From assembly GCF_009914755.1 (NCBI RefSeq), contig NC_060932.1: DNA of 64,000 nt; one strand, 5' to 3'. A program made the translations under genes and the position numbers. Within the stretch, counting starts at the first letter, position 1, and every line of letters begins with the position of its first letter. The DNA comes from the human T2T-CHM13v2.0 reference genome, Homo sapiens. The notes below the pieces were generated by a model, which was given only the letters and a program-made list of their open reading frames with translations, did not search any database and was not told where the DNA came from. Of this stretch, positions 27,507 through 40,660 are shown piece by piece.

Positions 27507-30500
27507 TTTTTTTTTTAACTTAATTTTAAGTTCCAGAATACATTTGCAGGACGTGCAGGTTTGTTACATAGGTAAACGTGTGCCATGGTGGCTTGCTGCA
27601 CCTACTAACCCATCACCTAGGTATTAAGCCCCACAGGCATTAACTATTTATCCTGATGTTCTCCCTCCTCCTGCCCCATCCCCGAATGGCCCCAGTGTGT
27701 GTTATTCCCCTCCCTGTGTCTATGTGTTCTCATTGTTCAACTCCCACTTATAAGTAAGAACATGCACTGTTTGGTTTTCTGTTCTTGTGTTTGTTTGCTG
27801 AGGATAATGACTTCCAGATCTATCCATGTCCCTACAAATGATATGATCTCACTACTTTTTACAGCTGCATAGTATTCCATGGTATATATGTACCACATTT
27901 TCTTTATCCAGTCTATCACTGAAGAGCATTTGGGTTGATTCCATGTCTTTGCTATCATGAATAGAGCTGCAATGAATATACGTGTGGATGTATCTTTATA
28001 ATAGAATGATTTATATTCCTTGGGGCATATACCCAGTAATGGGATTGCTGGACCAAATGTTATTTCTGGTTCCAGGTCTTTGAGGAATTGCCACACTTTC
28101 TTCCACAATGGTTGAGCTAATTTACATTCCCGCCAACAGTGTAAAAGCATTCCTATTTCTCTAAAGCCTTGCCAGGATCTGTTGTTTCTTGACTTTTTAA
28201 TAATTGCCATTCTGACTGGCTTGAGATGGCATCTCATTGTGGTTTTGATTTGCATTTCTCTAATGGTCAGGGATGTTGGGCTTTCTTTCATATATTTGTT
28301 GGTTGCATAAATGTCTTCTTTTGAGAAGTGTCTCTTCATGTCCTTCCCCACTTTTTAATGGGGTTGTTTCTATTTCTTGTAAATTTGGTTAAGTTCATTG
28401 TAGATTGAGGATATTAGATCTTTGTCACATGGGTAGTTTGCAAAAATTTTCTCCCATTCTATAGGTTGTCTGTTCACCCTGATGATAGTGTCTTTTGCTA
28501 TGAAGAACGTCTTTAGTTTAATTAGATCCCATTTGTCACTTTTTGCTTTTCTTGCAATTGCTTTTGATGTTTTTGTCATGAAATCCTTGCCCGTGACTAT
28601 GTCTTGAATGGTATTGCCTAGATTTTCTTCTAGGGTGTTTATAGTTTTGGATTTTACATTTAAGGCTTTAAGCTATCTTGAGTTAATTTTTGTATAAGGT
28701 GCAAATAAGGGGTCCAGTTCAATTTTCTGCATATGGCTAGCCAGTTCTCTCAGCACCATTTATTAAACAGGGAATCCTTTCCCCATTGCTTGTTTTTGTC
28801 AGGTTTTTTGAAGATCAGATGGTTGTAGATGTGTGGTCTCATTACTGAGATCTCTATCCCATTCCATTGGTCTATGTGTCTGTTTTTGTACCCGTACTAC
28901 GCTGTTTTGCTTACTATAGCCTTGTAGTATAGTTTGAAGTCAGGTAGTGTGGTGCCTCCAGCTTTGTTCTTTTTGCTTAGGATTGTCTTGGCTATATGGG
29001 CTCTTTTTTGGTTGCATATGAATTTTAAAGTCGTTTTTTTCTTATTCTGTGAAGAATGTCAATGATAGTTTAATGGGAATAACATTGAATCTCTAAGTTA
29101 TTTTGGGTAATATGGCCATTTTCACAATATTGATTCTTCCTATGTGTGAGCATGGAATGTTTTTCTATTTGTTGTGTCCTCTCATTTCCTTGAGCAGTGG
29201 TTTGTAGTTCTCCTTGAAAAGGTCCTTTTCTTCTCTTGTTAGCTATATTTCTACATATTTTATTCTCTTTTTAGCAATTATGAATGGGAATTCACCCATG
29301 ATTTGGCTCTCTGCTTGCCTATTTTAGGTGTGTAGGGATGCTTGTGATTTTTGCAAAATGATTTTGTATCTTGAGACTTTTCTGAAGTGGCTTATCAGCT
29401 TGAGAAGCTTTTGAGCTGAGATGCTGGGGGCTTTCCAGATATAGGATCATGTCATCTGCAAACAGAGTAATTTTGACTTCCTCTCTTCCTATTTGAATAC
29501 CTTGTATTTCTTTCTCTTGCCTGATTGCCCTGGCCAGAACTTCCAATACTATGTTGAATAGGAATAGTAGTGTGAGAGGGCATCCTTGTCTTGTGCCAGC
29601 TTTCAAGGGGAATGCTTCCAGCTTTTGCCCATTCAGTATGATATTGGCTTTCAGTTTGTCATAAATAGCTCTTATTATTTTCAGGTATGTTCCATCAAAA
29701 CTTAGCTTATTGAGAGTTTTTAACATGAAGGGATGTTAAATTTTATTGAAGGCCTTTTCTGTATATTGAGATAATCATGTGATTTTTGTCTTTAGTTCCC
29801 TTTATGTGATGAATTCCGTCTGATTTGCATATGTTGAACCAGCCTCGTATCCCAGGGATAAAGCTGATCTTGGTAAATAAGCTTTTTGATATGCTGATGG
29901 ATCAGGTTGCAAGTATTTTATCGAGGATTTTTGCATTGATGTTCATCAAGGATATTGGCCTGAAGTTTTCTTTTTTTGTTGTATCTCTGCCAGGTTTTGC
30001 TTTCAGGATGATGCTGAGCTCATAAAATGAGTTAGAGAGAAGTCCCTTGTTTTCATTTTTTTGGAATAGTTTCAAAAGAAATGGTACTAGCTTCTCTTTG
30101 TACCTCTGATAGATTTCAGCTGTAAATCCATCTGATCCCAGGATATTATGGTTGGTAGGATATTTAGTCCTGCCTCAATTTCAGAACTTGTTATTGCTCT
30201 ATTCAGGGATTCAACTTTTTCCTGGTTTAGTCTTGGGAGGGTCTACGTGTCCAGGAATTTATCCATTTCTTCTAAATTTTCTGGTTTATTTCCATAGAGT
30301 TGTTTAACGTATTCTCTGATGGTCATTTGTGTTTCTGTGGGGTCAATGGTAATAACCCCTTTATCATTTTTTATTGTGTCTATTTGATTCTTCTCCCTTT
30401 TCTTCTTTATTAGTCTAACTAGAGGTCTATTTTATTAATTTTTTCAAAAAAACATTTCCTGGATTCATTGATTTTTTTGAAGGTTTTTTTTGTGTACCTA

Positions 30501-33500
30501 CCTATTTCTTTCAGTGCTGCTCTGATCTTGGTTATTTCTTGTCTTATGTGAGCTTTGGGGTTTGTTTGCTCTTGGTTATCTAGTTCTTTCAGTTGTTATG
30601 TTAGGGTGTTGATTTGAGATCTTTCTAACTTTTTGTTGTGGGCATTCAGTGCTATAAATTTTCCTCTTAACACTGCTTTACCTGCATCCCAGAGATTCTG
30701 GTACATTGTCTCTTTGCTCTCACTGGTTTCAAAGAACTTCTTGATTTCTGCCTTTATTTCATTATTTACCCAGGAGTCATTCAGGAGCAGGTTGTTCAAT
30801 TTCCATGTAGTCGTGTGGTTTTGAGTGAGTTTCCTAATCTTGAGTTCTAACTTCATTATGCTGTGGTCTGAGACTGTTATGATTTCAGTTCTTTTGCATT
30901 TGCTGAGGGATGTTTTACCTCCGATTAAGTGATCAATTTAGAGAACTACCATGTGGTGCCAATAATGATGTATATTCTGTAATTGTGGGGTGGAGAGTTC
31001 TGTAGATATCTATCAGGTCCACTGGATCCAGAGCTGAGTTTAAGTCCTGAATATCTGTGTTAATTTTTCTGTCTCAATGATCTGTCTAATATTGACAGTG
31101 GGGTGTTAAAGTCTCCCACTATTATTGTATAGGAGTCAAAGTCTCTTTGTAGGTCTCTAAGAATTTGTGTTTTGAATCTAGGTGCTCCTGTATTGGGTGC
31201 ATATATATCTAGGATAGTTGGCTTTTCTTGTTGAATTGATCCCTTTACCATTATGTAATGCCATTCTTTGTCTTTTTTGATCTTTGTTGGTTTAAAGTCT
31301 GTTTTGTCAGAAACTAGGATTGCAACCCCTCCTTTTTTCTGCTTTCCATTTGCTTGGTAGGATTTCCTCCGTCCCTTTATCTTGAGCCTGTGTGTGTCTT
31401 TGCACGTGAGATGGGTCTCTTTAATACAACACACTGAAGGATCTTGACTCTTTATCCAGCTTGCCATTCTGTGTCTTTTAATTGAGGCACTTAGCTCATT
31501 TACATTTAAGGTTAATATTATTACATATCTGAATTTGATCCTGTCATCATGATAATAGCTGGTTATTTTGCAGAATTGTTGGTGAAGTTGCTCCATAGTG
31601 TCATTTGTTTGTGTACTTCAGTGTGTTTTTGCAGTGGCTGATAATAGTTTTTCCTGTCCATATTTAGTGCTTACTTCAGGAGCTCTTCTTGCAAGGCAGA
31701 CCTGGTGGTGATGAATTCCCTCAGCATTTGCTTGTCTGGAAAGGATTTTATTTCATCTTCACTTATGAAGTTTAGTTTGGCTGGAAATGAAATTCTGGGT
31801 TGGAAATTCTATTATTTAAGAATGTTGAAAATCGGCTCCCAATCTCTTCTGGCTTATAGGGTTTCTGCTGAGAGGTCCACTGTTAGCCTGATGGGCTTCC
31901 CTTTGTAGGTGACCTGGCCTTTCTCTATGGCTGCCCTTAACATTTTTCCCTTTATTTTGACCTTGGAGAATCTGATGATTATGTGTCTTGGGGTTGATCT
32001 TCTCATGTAGTATTTTACAGGGGTTCTCTGAATTTCCTGAATATGAATGTTGGCCTGTCTTTTTAGATTGGGGAAGTTCTCCTGAATGATATCCTGAAGT
32101 ATGTTTTACAACTTGATTCTGTTCTACCTGTCTCTTTCAGGTACCCCAATTAGTCATAGTTCAGTCTTTTTACATAATCCCATAGTTTTCAGAGGTTTTG
32201 TTCATTCCTTTTTCTTTAATCTTGTCTGTCTGCCCTATTTCAGCAAGATAGTCTTCAAGCTCTCAAATTCTTTCCTCTGCTTGGTCTAGTCAGTTATTGA
32301 TACTTGTGATTGCATTGTGAAGTTCTCGTTTTGTGTTTTTCTGCTCCATCAGGTCTTCTATGTTCCTTTCTAAACTGGTTATTCTCGTTAACAGCTCCTG
32401 TAATGTTTTATCATGGCTCTTACCTTCTTTGCATTGGGTTAGAGCATGCTCCTTTAGCCCAGCAAAGTTCATTATTACCCACCTTCTGAAGCCTACTGCT
32501 GTCAATTCATCCATCCTAGCATCCTCACAGTTCTGTGCCCTTGCTGGAGAGGTGTTGTGAATGTTTAGAGGAGAAGAGACACTCTGGCTTTTTGAGTTTT
32601 TAGCATTGTTTTGTTGTTTCTTTCTCATCTTTGTGAGTTTATGTAGCTTCAATCTTTGGGGCTGTTGATCTTGGATGGGGTTTTTGTGGGGACTTTTCTG
32701 TTGATACTGTTGTTGCTGCTGCTTTCTGTTTGTTTGTTTGTTTGTTTGTTTGTTTGTTTGTTTTTCTTTTAAAAGTCAGGCCCCTCTTCCATAGGGCTGC
32801 TGTGGTTTGCTGGGGGTCCACCCCAGACCCCATTCACCTGGATCCCTCCCACCCTTGGAGGTGTCACCAGTGAAGTCTGCAGAACAGCAAAGATGGCTGC
32901 CTGCTTCTTCCTCTTGGAGCTCCATCCCAGAGGGGCACCAACTTGTGGCCAGCAGGAATGCTCCTGTGTAAGATGTCTGGCGACCGGTGTTGTGAGGTCT
33001 CACCCAGTCAGGAGGCACCAGATTTGGGACCTACTTAATGAAGCACTCTGCCTGCCCCTTGGTGGAGGGGTTACACTGCTGGGGGAATCCCACTCATCTG
33101 GACTGCCCAGATTCCTCAGAGCAAGCACAAGGACAGTATGCTGTTCTGTGGAGATTGAGGCTGCCCCTTCCCCCAGAGGTTCAGTCCCAGGGAGATCAGA
33201 GTTCTGTCCCTAAACTCCTGGTTGGAGTTGCTGAAATTACTGCAGGGAGGTCCTGCCCAGTGAGGAGGGATGGGTCAGGGTCTGGCCTAAAGAGGCAATC
33301 TCGCCATGATCTGCCACAGCCACTGTGCTGTGCTGTGGGGAGTTCCTCCTGGGTCCAAACCATCCAGTGCCCCCAGCACCAGCAAGGGGAAAATGGCAGA
33401 CTGGAGCTGCAGTGATGATGGCCGCCCCTCCCCTCAGAACTCAGTAGTCTTAGGCAGTCTCCAGCCAAGTGGCCACTGAGAATCTGCACAACTCTGTGCT

Positions 33501-33797
33501 TGGTACCCAATGCCCTGGTAACAAGGGTTCATGATGGAGACCTCCTGATCTGATCTGCGGGTTGTACAGATCCATGGAAAAAGTATGGTTTCCTGGGCAG
33601 GGTAGCACAATCACTCAACACCTCCCTTGGCTGGGGGTGGGAGCGCCCCTTGCCCTGTGTGGCTCCCAGGTGGGACATCGCACCACCCTGCTTTTCCTTG
33701 CTCTCCATGGGTCATGCCAACAGCCTAGTCAGCCACAACAACAGAATCTGGGTACCTCCGTTGCTGGTGCAGAATTCACTCACTGTTTTCGTTCTAT
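27507..33797 (-). mobile_element. Near full-length L1PA8-L1PA10-type LINE-1 with disrupted ORF1/ORF2
   Basis: 3'UTR/poly-T at 27.5 kb; ORF2 fragments (EN 31060-31596, RT FADDM 29319-29726, C-terminus 27737-28351); ORF1 at about 32.3-32.6 kb; 5'UTR to 33797; 16-bp TSD aca(t/c)attttaatttct at 27491-27506 and 33798-33813. Confidence 0.95.
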
Positions 33798-34523
33798 ACA
33801 CATTTTAATTTCTATTTGAAGCATTCATGCTTCAAGCTCAACCAGCTTTGGTCAATTTGTGATTTTATTTGCCATTGGCCTTCTACATAGTTTATGATAC
33901 ATTAGTTCACATTTGTTTTTAAGCCAACATAGGAAGCATTTTACAGGACTTTTGTTTTCATCTAGGCTTTTTATTTCCATGTTTCCTAGATTGTGCTTAT
34001 AGATTACACTAAATCTCCAGGTGAATGAAAAGGACTGGTCATGATACTTATTTAGAGGAGTAGTTTTTCATATACCATGTTGAAAGTGTCAGGAAGAGAA
34101 GATCCCTTGTCGGTCCAACAAAGTCAAACAAATCAAAACCTGTTAACACTAGGGATTGGGCTGGGAACAATTCATCAGAGAGTATCATAGCACTGTAGGT
34201 CTCAAGAGGGCATTTAATAGCGCCCGTGGCAATAACAAAGAGATGCAGAGAAATTCACTCACCAGATCTTTTGGCAGAAAAAAATAAATTGATGAAGGCA
34301 GGTTATTGTTGGGCCCATAGGGAGAAATATTCCCACAGGTAAGGAAAAGTAAGCATCATACTGGAGATTCAGAGAAATCAACAGTCTATAAAATTAGTTT
34401 ACAGCAAAAACCAAAAAAAAAAAAAACCTTGGTTTTCCTTAGTAGGTTTCTAGTGAACATAATTTTTAAGAACCAGAACAAGAAAGCAACAAGAGAAAAT
34501 TAATGAAATAAAAAGAAATTATG

Positions 34524-35624
34524 GCTTCCGAGTTCCAAGATGGCAGAATAGGAACAGTTCCAATTTACGGCTCCCAGCGTGAGTGATGCAGAAGACGGGT
34601 GATTTCTGCATTCCAACTGAGGTACTGGGTTCATCTCACTGGGGCTTGTTGGACAGTGGGTGCAGGCCACAGAGTGTGAGCCAAAGCAGGGCGTGGCATC
34701 GCCTCACCCGGGAAGTGGAAGGGGTCAGGGAATTTCCTTTCCTAGCCAAGGGAAGCCGTGACAGACAGTACCTGGAAAATCGGGATACCCCCACCCTAAT
34801 ACTGCACTTTTCCAGCAGTCTTAGCAAATGGCACACCAGGAGATTATATCCCGCACCTGGCTTGGAGGGTCCCATGCCCACAGAACCTCGATCACTGCTA
34901 GCACAGCAGTCTTAGATTGAACTGCAAGGTGGCAGTGAGGCTGGGGGAGGGGTGCCTGCCATTGCTGAGGCTTGAGTAGGTAAACAAAGTGGCTGGGAAG
35001 CTCGAACTGGGTGGAGCCCACTGCAATTCGAGGAGGCCTGCCTGCCTCTGTAGACTCCACCTCTGGGGGCAGGGCATAGCTGAACAAAAGGCAGCAGAAA
35101 CTTCTGCAGACTTAAACGTCCCTGTCTGACAGCTTTGAAGAGAGTAGTGGTTCTCCCAGCATGGAGTCTGAGATCTGAGAATGGACAGACTGCCTCCTCA
35201 AGTGGGTCCCTGACCCTCGAGTAGCCTAACTGGGAGACACCTCCCAGTAGGGGCCGAATGACACCTCATACAGCCGGGTAGCCCTCTGAGACGAAGCTAC
35301 CAGAGGAAGGATCAGGCAGCAACATTTGCTGTTCTGCAATTTTTGCTGTTCTGCAGCCTCTGCTGGTGATACCCAGGCAAACAGAGTCTGGAGTGGAGCT
35401 CCAGCAAACTCCAACAGACCTGCAGCTGAGGGTCCTGTTAGAAGGAAAACTAACAAATAGAAAGGACATCCACACCAAAACCCCATCTGTACATCACCAT
35501 CATCAAAGACCAAAGGTAGATAAAACCACAAAGATGGGGAGAAACCAGAGCAGAAAAGCTGAAAATTCTAAAAATCAGAACACCTCTTCTCCTCTAAAGG
35601 AACATACCTCCTCACCAGCAATGG
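34524..35624 (+). promoter_or_regulatory. L1PA5/6 5'UTR (internal sense and antisense promoter, YY1 site) and first 30 codons of ORF1
   Basis: ttccaagatggcagaataggaacag start; ORF1 ATG at 35534 (MGRNQSRKAENSKNQ); L1 similarity stops at ccagcaatgg. Confidence 0.9.
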
Positions 35625-35714
35625 GAATTCTCATCTATGACAGTGACCCAGAGTCCAGTTCATTATTAGTGAACTTAAAACCCATAAACATGTTAGTTGA
35701 TCTCAGTATATATG

Positions 35715-36025
35715 TGATATGGTTTGGCTCTGTGTCCCCACCCAAATCTCACCTTGAATTGTAATCCTCATAATCCACATGTCAAGGGTGGGACCAGATG
35801 AACGTAATTGGATCATGGGGTGGTTCCCCAATGCTCTTCTTGTGATAATAAGTGAATCTCATGAGATCTGATGCTTTTATAAGTGTCTGGCATTTCCCCT
35901 GCTTGCACTCATGATCTCTCCTGCCACCCTGTGAAGAGGTGCCTTCCACCATGATTGTTAAGTTTCCTAAGGTCTCCCCAGCTATGTGATACTGTGATTC
36001 AATTAAACCTCTTTTCTTTATAAAT
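35715..36025 (+). mobile_element. THE1D LTR, truncated just after its ATTAAA poly(A) signal
   Basis: Starts tgatatggtttggctctgtgtccccacccaaatc; ends caattaaacctcttttctttataaat, lacking the terminal ~50 nt. Confidence 0.85.
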
Positions 36026-36044
36026 AAATAAAAAAGAAATCATG

Positions 36045-36760
36045 ATGAAATTTTAAATGAAGAAGGGGAAGTAAGGGAGAAATTATAGAACATGTAAAAT
36101 ACAGTAGCAGAATTATCATTTACAGAGAAGGTAGTAAAGGGCAGAACTTGGTAGCATGAAAAGCCAAATCAATCGGGCCAAAGACAATCTTCAAAAACTG
36201 TCTAGAATGAGAAGAAAAAACACAATGAAGTGAAAATAATGAGAAAAATAATAATCAATAAAAACAACAAAGAACAGAAACTCAATTCAAGAACACAAAT
36301 GGGAAAACTAGACAATAGCTAGACCCACAACTGAAGAAATTTCCCATATTTAAAAAACAAAAGTCTAGTGTTTCCAGTTAGTCAGGGCTGACCACCTTTG
36401 ATAAATGTAAGCCACACATACACATATCCTGGCAAAATATTTGAATTACAAGAATAAAATTTTAAACCCACAAGTATTCAGCTATATATGAAAGACTACA
36501 AATCATATCAGCCACAAACCTTTATTCTGAAAACAATGGAACAATGTCTACAGTCACGTCAGGAGAAAGATTGTTAGCCAATAATTTTATATCCTATGAC
36601 ATAATCTACACATACACAAGAAATAAAAAGCCATGCTCATTACATAGAAACACAGGAAATACACTGATCTCTTCCTATCTTTAAGGCTATTTGAACACGT
36701 ATTCCAATTAAGTATATTCCAAAATATAAATTGAGAATTGAAAGAAATGGCATGAAGACT
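36045..36760 (+). mobile_element. Ancient L1M ORF1-region relic (target of the chimeric insertion)
   Basis: A-rich coiled-coil-like relic continuing from about 34.4-34.5 kb. Confidence 0.45.
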
Positions 36761-36954
36761 ATTAAGTTTGTTCTTAATCAGTATGAGCCTCAAACTTGAG
36801 GATATAAACATACTGTGTTTTGTCACAAGAATTCCACAGCAAGAGAATAAAGTTTGACTTCCAGGATTTGTCTCAGCTAGCATTATTTTTCTTTTGTCAC
36901 TTCTGTCCTGGGAAATATGTTTGATTACTACAGCTTTAAAATTCGTATTCTTAA

Positions 36955-37460
36955 ACATACATCCAAAAGCCAGAAAGCAGAGTCTTAAAGAAATATTTGT
37001 AAGCCTATGTCCAAAGCAGCATGATTCACAATAGCCAAAAGGTGTAACAACCCAAACATCCATTAACAGATGAATAGATAAACAAAATGTGGCATATACA
37101 TTTAATGGGATAGTATTCAACCTTAAAAAGGAAAAAAATTCTGACACATGTTACAATATGAATGAACCTTGAGGACAATATGCTAAGTGAAATAAGCCAG
37201 TCACACAAAGACCAGAGATATCTTGAGTAATCAAACTCACGGGAATCAAAGTAGAATGGCGGTATCCAGGGACTGAAAGAAGTGGGGAATGGAAAATAAT
37301 TGTTTAATGGGAATACAGTTTCAGTTTTACATGTTGAAAAAGTTCTGGAAATTCATTGCACAACAATATGAATTTACTTAACGGTATTAAACTACACACT
37401 TAGAAACATTTAAGATGGTAAAATTTTATGTGCATTTTGTCACAAATATTTTTTTAAACT
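36955..37460 (+). mobile_element. L1MB 3' end
   Basis: atgaaccttgaggacaatatgctaagtgaaataagccagtcaca...tttaagatggtaaattttatg. Confidence 0.8.
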
Positions 37461-37779
37461 CATATTCATAGTGAATCACTGGTGTTTGTTAAATTTATTA
37501 ATTTATTACTTTAAAAACTATCTAGTAGCTTATTATTATCCATTTTCAGGATCTTCATCATATCATATTCTATACCATATCTATCTATATTTGTGCACAG
37601 TTCTGCATTAAGAGGGCTTTAAAATTAATAAATGCAGTTATATCTCGACAACATACAAATACACGTTTATGGGTGAAAAAGCTTTAATTCAATAGATCAT
37701 ACATTCTCAACCATGGCAATATCATCTCCAAGGATACAAAATTAAGTCTTGCAGAGGGAAAAAAAAAATCTTACCTTCT

Positions 37780-39186
37780 AAATTTTCGCTGGTAAATCCT
37801 ACCAAACATTTAAGGAAGAACTGCCTAATTAATGCTATACACATGTACATACTACATAAAATCTTCCAGAAAATTGAAGAGGAGAAAACACTTCTCAACT
37901 TATCCTATGAGGACAGTGCTATCCTGATACCAAAATCAGACAAGACATGATAAGAAAACTATAGACCAATCTTCCTCATAAGCTTAGAAGCAACACTTCT
38001 TAAAATTTTAGCAAATCGAATCCAACAATATATAAAAATGGTACATGCCTGTAGTCCAAGTGCTTTGAGAGGCAAAGGGAGAAAGATTACTTGAGACCAG
38101 GAGTTCAAAAGCAGACTGGAAAACAGAGTGAGAGCCTGTCTCTGCAAAACAATTATCCAGATGTGGTAGCATGTGCCTGCAGTCCTAGCTACTCAGAAGA
38201 TTGAGGTGGGAGGATTGCTTGAGCCCAGGATTTCTATGCTGCAGTGAGCTGTGATATGGCCACTGGGTGCAGCCTGGGTGACAGAGTGAGACTCTGTCTC
38301 TTAAAGAAAAAGGGGGTAGAGGAGGGATAGTACATTATGACCAAGTGGGGTTTATCCAAGGAATACAAAGTTTAACGTCTGAAAATCTGTCAATGTAATT
38401 CATCATGTTAAACAAAAATAAATAAATAAATGTGATATGATCATTGCAGTAGCTGTAGAAAAATCAGTTGACAAAACATACTTAATAGTAAAAGACAAAG
38501 TGCTGTCCCCCTAAGATCAGAAATAAGACAAGGAGGTCCACTTACTATTTGTATTTAACATTGTACTACAGATTTTGACCAGTGTACAATAAGATGAGAA
38601 AAATAAAATAAAATATACCCAGTTTAAGAAAGAAGAAGTAAAACTGGTTTTACTCCCAGATGTGACTGTTTATGTAGAAAATCTAATGAAATCTACATAA
38701 ATTCAACGGAAACTACAAAAACACTGTTAGAAATGATAAGTGAATTTAGCAAGTCATGGCATACAAGGTCAACATACAAAAATCAAAGCTACTTCTACGT
38801 ACCAGCGACAATCAGAAATTCAATTTTTTAAAATTACACCAGCATCAAAAACATGATACAGGGGAAAACATAACAGAAGTTGCACAAGACCTGCATCCTG
38901 AATATTATAAAACATTTCTGAGACGTATTTTTAATGAAGTGGAGAGATTTACCTAATTAATGATTAAAAGATTTAGTATTACCCCATAATTATGTATAAT
39001 TAGTTATGTGTCAATTAAAAATAATAACAGTTTTTAAAATAGCAAAACTTTAAAAAGAAAGTCAATTCTCAAACTGCACTCAAGACTCAACATAATCCCC
39101 ATAAAATCTCAGCAGGCCTTTTTTTTTGTAAAAATTATCAAATTGATTCTAAAATTCATATGGAAATGCACGGGACCTAGTGTAGT

Positions 39187-39219
<33 letters not shown>

Positions 39220-40660
39220 TTTCAAAAAGAACAAAATTCACGCTAACACTACCTGATTTCAAGCCTTATTATAAAGCTATAGCAATGATGAGAGTATGGT
39301 AATGGCATAAAGACAGATAAATAGATCATTGGGACAGAATGGAAAGTCTAGAAATAGACTCACATATATGGACACTGACTTTCAATGAAGCTGCAAAAGC
39401 AAGTTAGTGGGGAAAAATAGTCTCTATTATAATGCTGAAACAAATGGATATCCATATAAAAATAAATGCATTTATACAAAAATCTACTCAAAATTGATCA
39501 TAGACCTAAATGTAAAACCAAAACTAAAAAACATTTAAAAGCACACATAGAAGAAAATCTTTGTGACCCTAGTTAGTCAGCAGTTTCTTAGATACCACAA
39601 ACTGAATTCAAAACATTGTAAGTTGACCTTCACTAAATTCAAGTTTTTGTTTTTTGAAAGACAGTATTAAGAGAATGAAAAGACAAGCCACAGTAAGAAA
39701 AAATATTTTCAAGTCATATGTCTAATAAAGAATTTATCCAGAACATATAAAAACAACCCTCAAAACTCAATACTACGAAAACAAACAACAGAATTTTTAA
39801 AAGGACACAAGACTTAAACAGAAACTTCATCTGTTCAACAGATGGCAAACAAATGAAAAGATGTTCAACATCGTTGGTCATTAGAAAAATACAAAGTAAG
39901 TCCACAGTGAGATACCACTACACACCTATTAAAATAGCTAAAATGAACAAGACTAAGAATACCAAGTGTTGACAAGGATGTGGAGCAACTGAAACTCCCA
40001 TACGCTGCTGGTAAAATATAAAATGATAATGTCACTTTGAAAAACAATTTGTCAGAGTCAAAAGAAGATAAATTTACACCTACTGTGTGATCCAGTCATT
40101 CTACTCCTTAATATTTACCCAAGGAAAATGAAAGCTTATACCTATATACAAAGACTTATACATGAATATTTATAGCAGATTTCTTTATAATAGCCAAAAA
40201 CTGGAAAGAACCCAATGTCCATCAGCAAAGGAATGAAGAAACAAAACGTGGTATATCTGATAAAGGAATAATATTCAGTAATAAAAAGGTATAAACCATC
40301 GATATACAATACGAAATAGATGAATCTCAAAATAGCAATACTGAGTGAAAGAAGCCAGATGAAAATGAGTGTGTACTCTATGATTCTATTTATGTACAAT
40401 TTTAGAAAATTCAAACGAATCTATATGACAGAAGGCAGAATAGTGTTTGCCTGGAACAGGGGTAGAAAGCAAGGTGAGATGAAGAGGAGAAAGAGATCAC
40501 AAAGGGGCAGGAGGAAACTTGTGGTTGTGATGGATATGCTATTTATTTTTATTGTGGTGATGGTTTCACAGGTGTATACATATGTCAAGAATTACCAAAA
40601 TGTAAATTTAAGTATTTTCAGTTTATTTCAGTGATTCCTCACTTAAGCCATTCTTTAAAA
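37780..40660 (+). mobile_element. Old L1M (MD/ME) ORF2 and 3' end, with nested AluJ and (CA)n
   Basis: ORF2 relics such as ctgataccaaaatcagacaagacat and gagataccactacacacctattaaaatagc; L1M 3' end at about 40.3-40.65 kb. Confidence 0.8.
38044..38310 (+). mobile_element. AluJ, 5'-truncated
   Basis: Diverged Alu with gaggattgcttgagcccagg. Confidence 0.8.

Larger units (their letters stand above)
34524..36030 (+). mobile_element. Chimeric retrocopy: L1PA5/6 5'UTR + ORF1 start + 90-bp unique segment + THE1D LTR + A-rich tail
   Basis: One 14-bp TSD aaaaagaaat(t/c)atg at 34510-34523 and 36031-36044 encloses all parts. Confidence 0.85.

Noticed and set aside
27737-32652. L1 ORF1/ORF2 pieces as functional CDS
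   Set aside because: Fragmented by many stops and frameshifts; the element is inactive.
34636-34962. Intact L1 ORF0
   Set aside because: In-frame TAA at 34914-34912 (codon 17).
36587-37147. 186-aa minus-strand ORF
   Set aside because: Starts in antisense L1MB; no coding signature.
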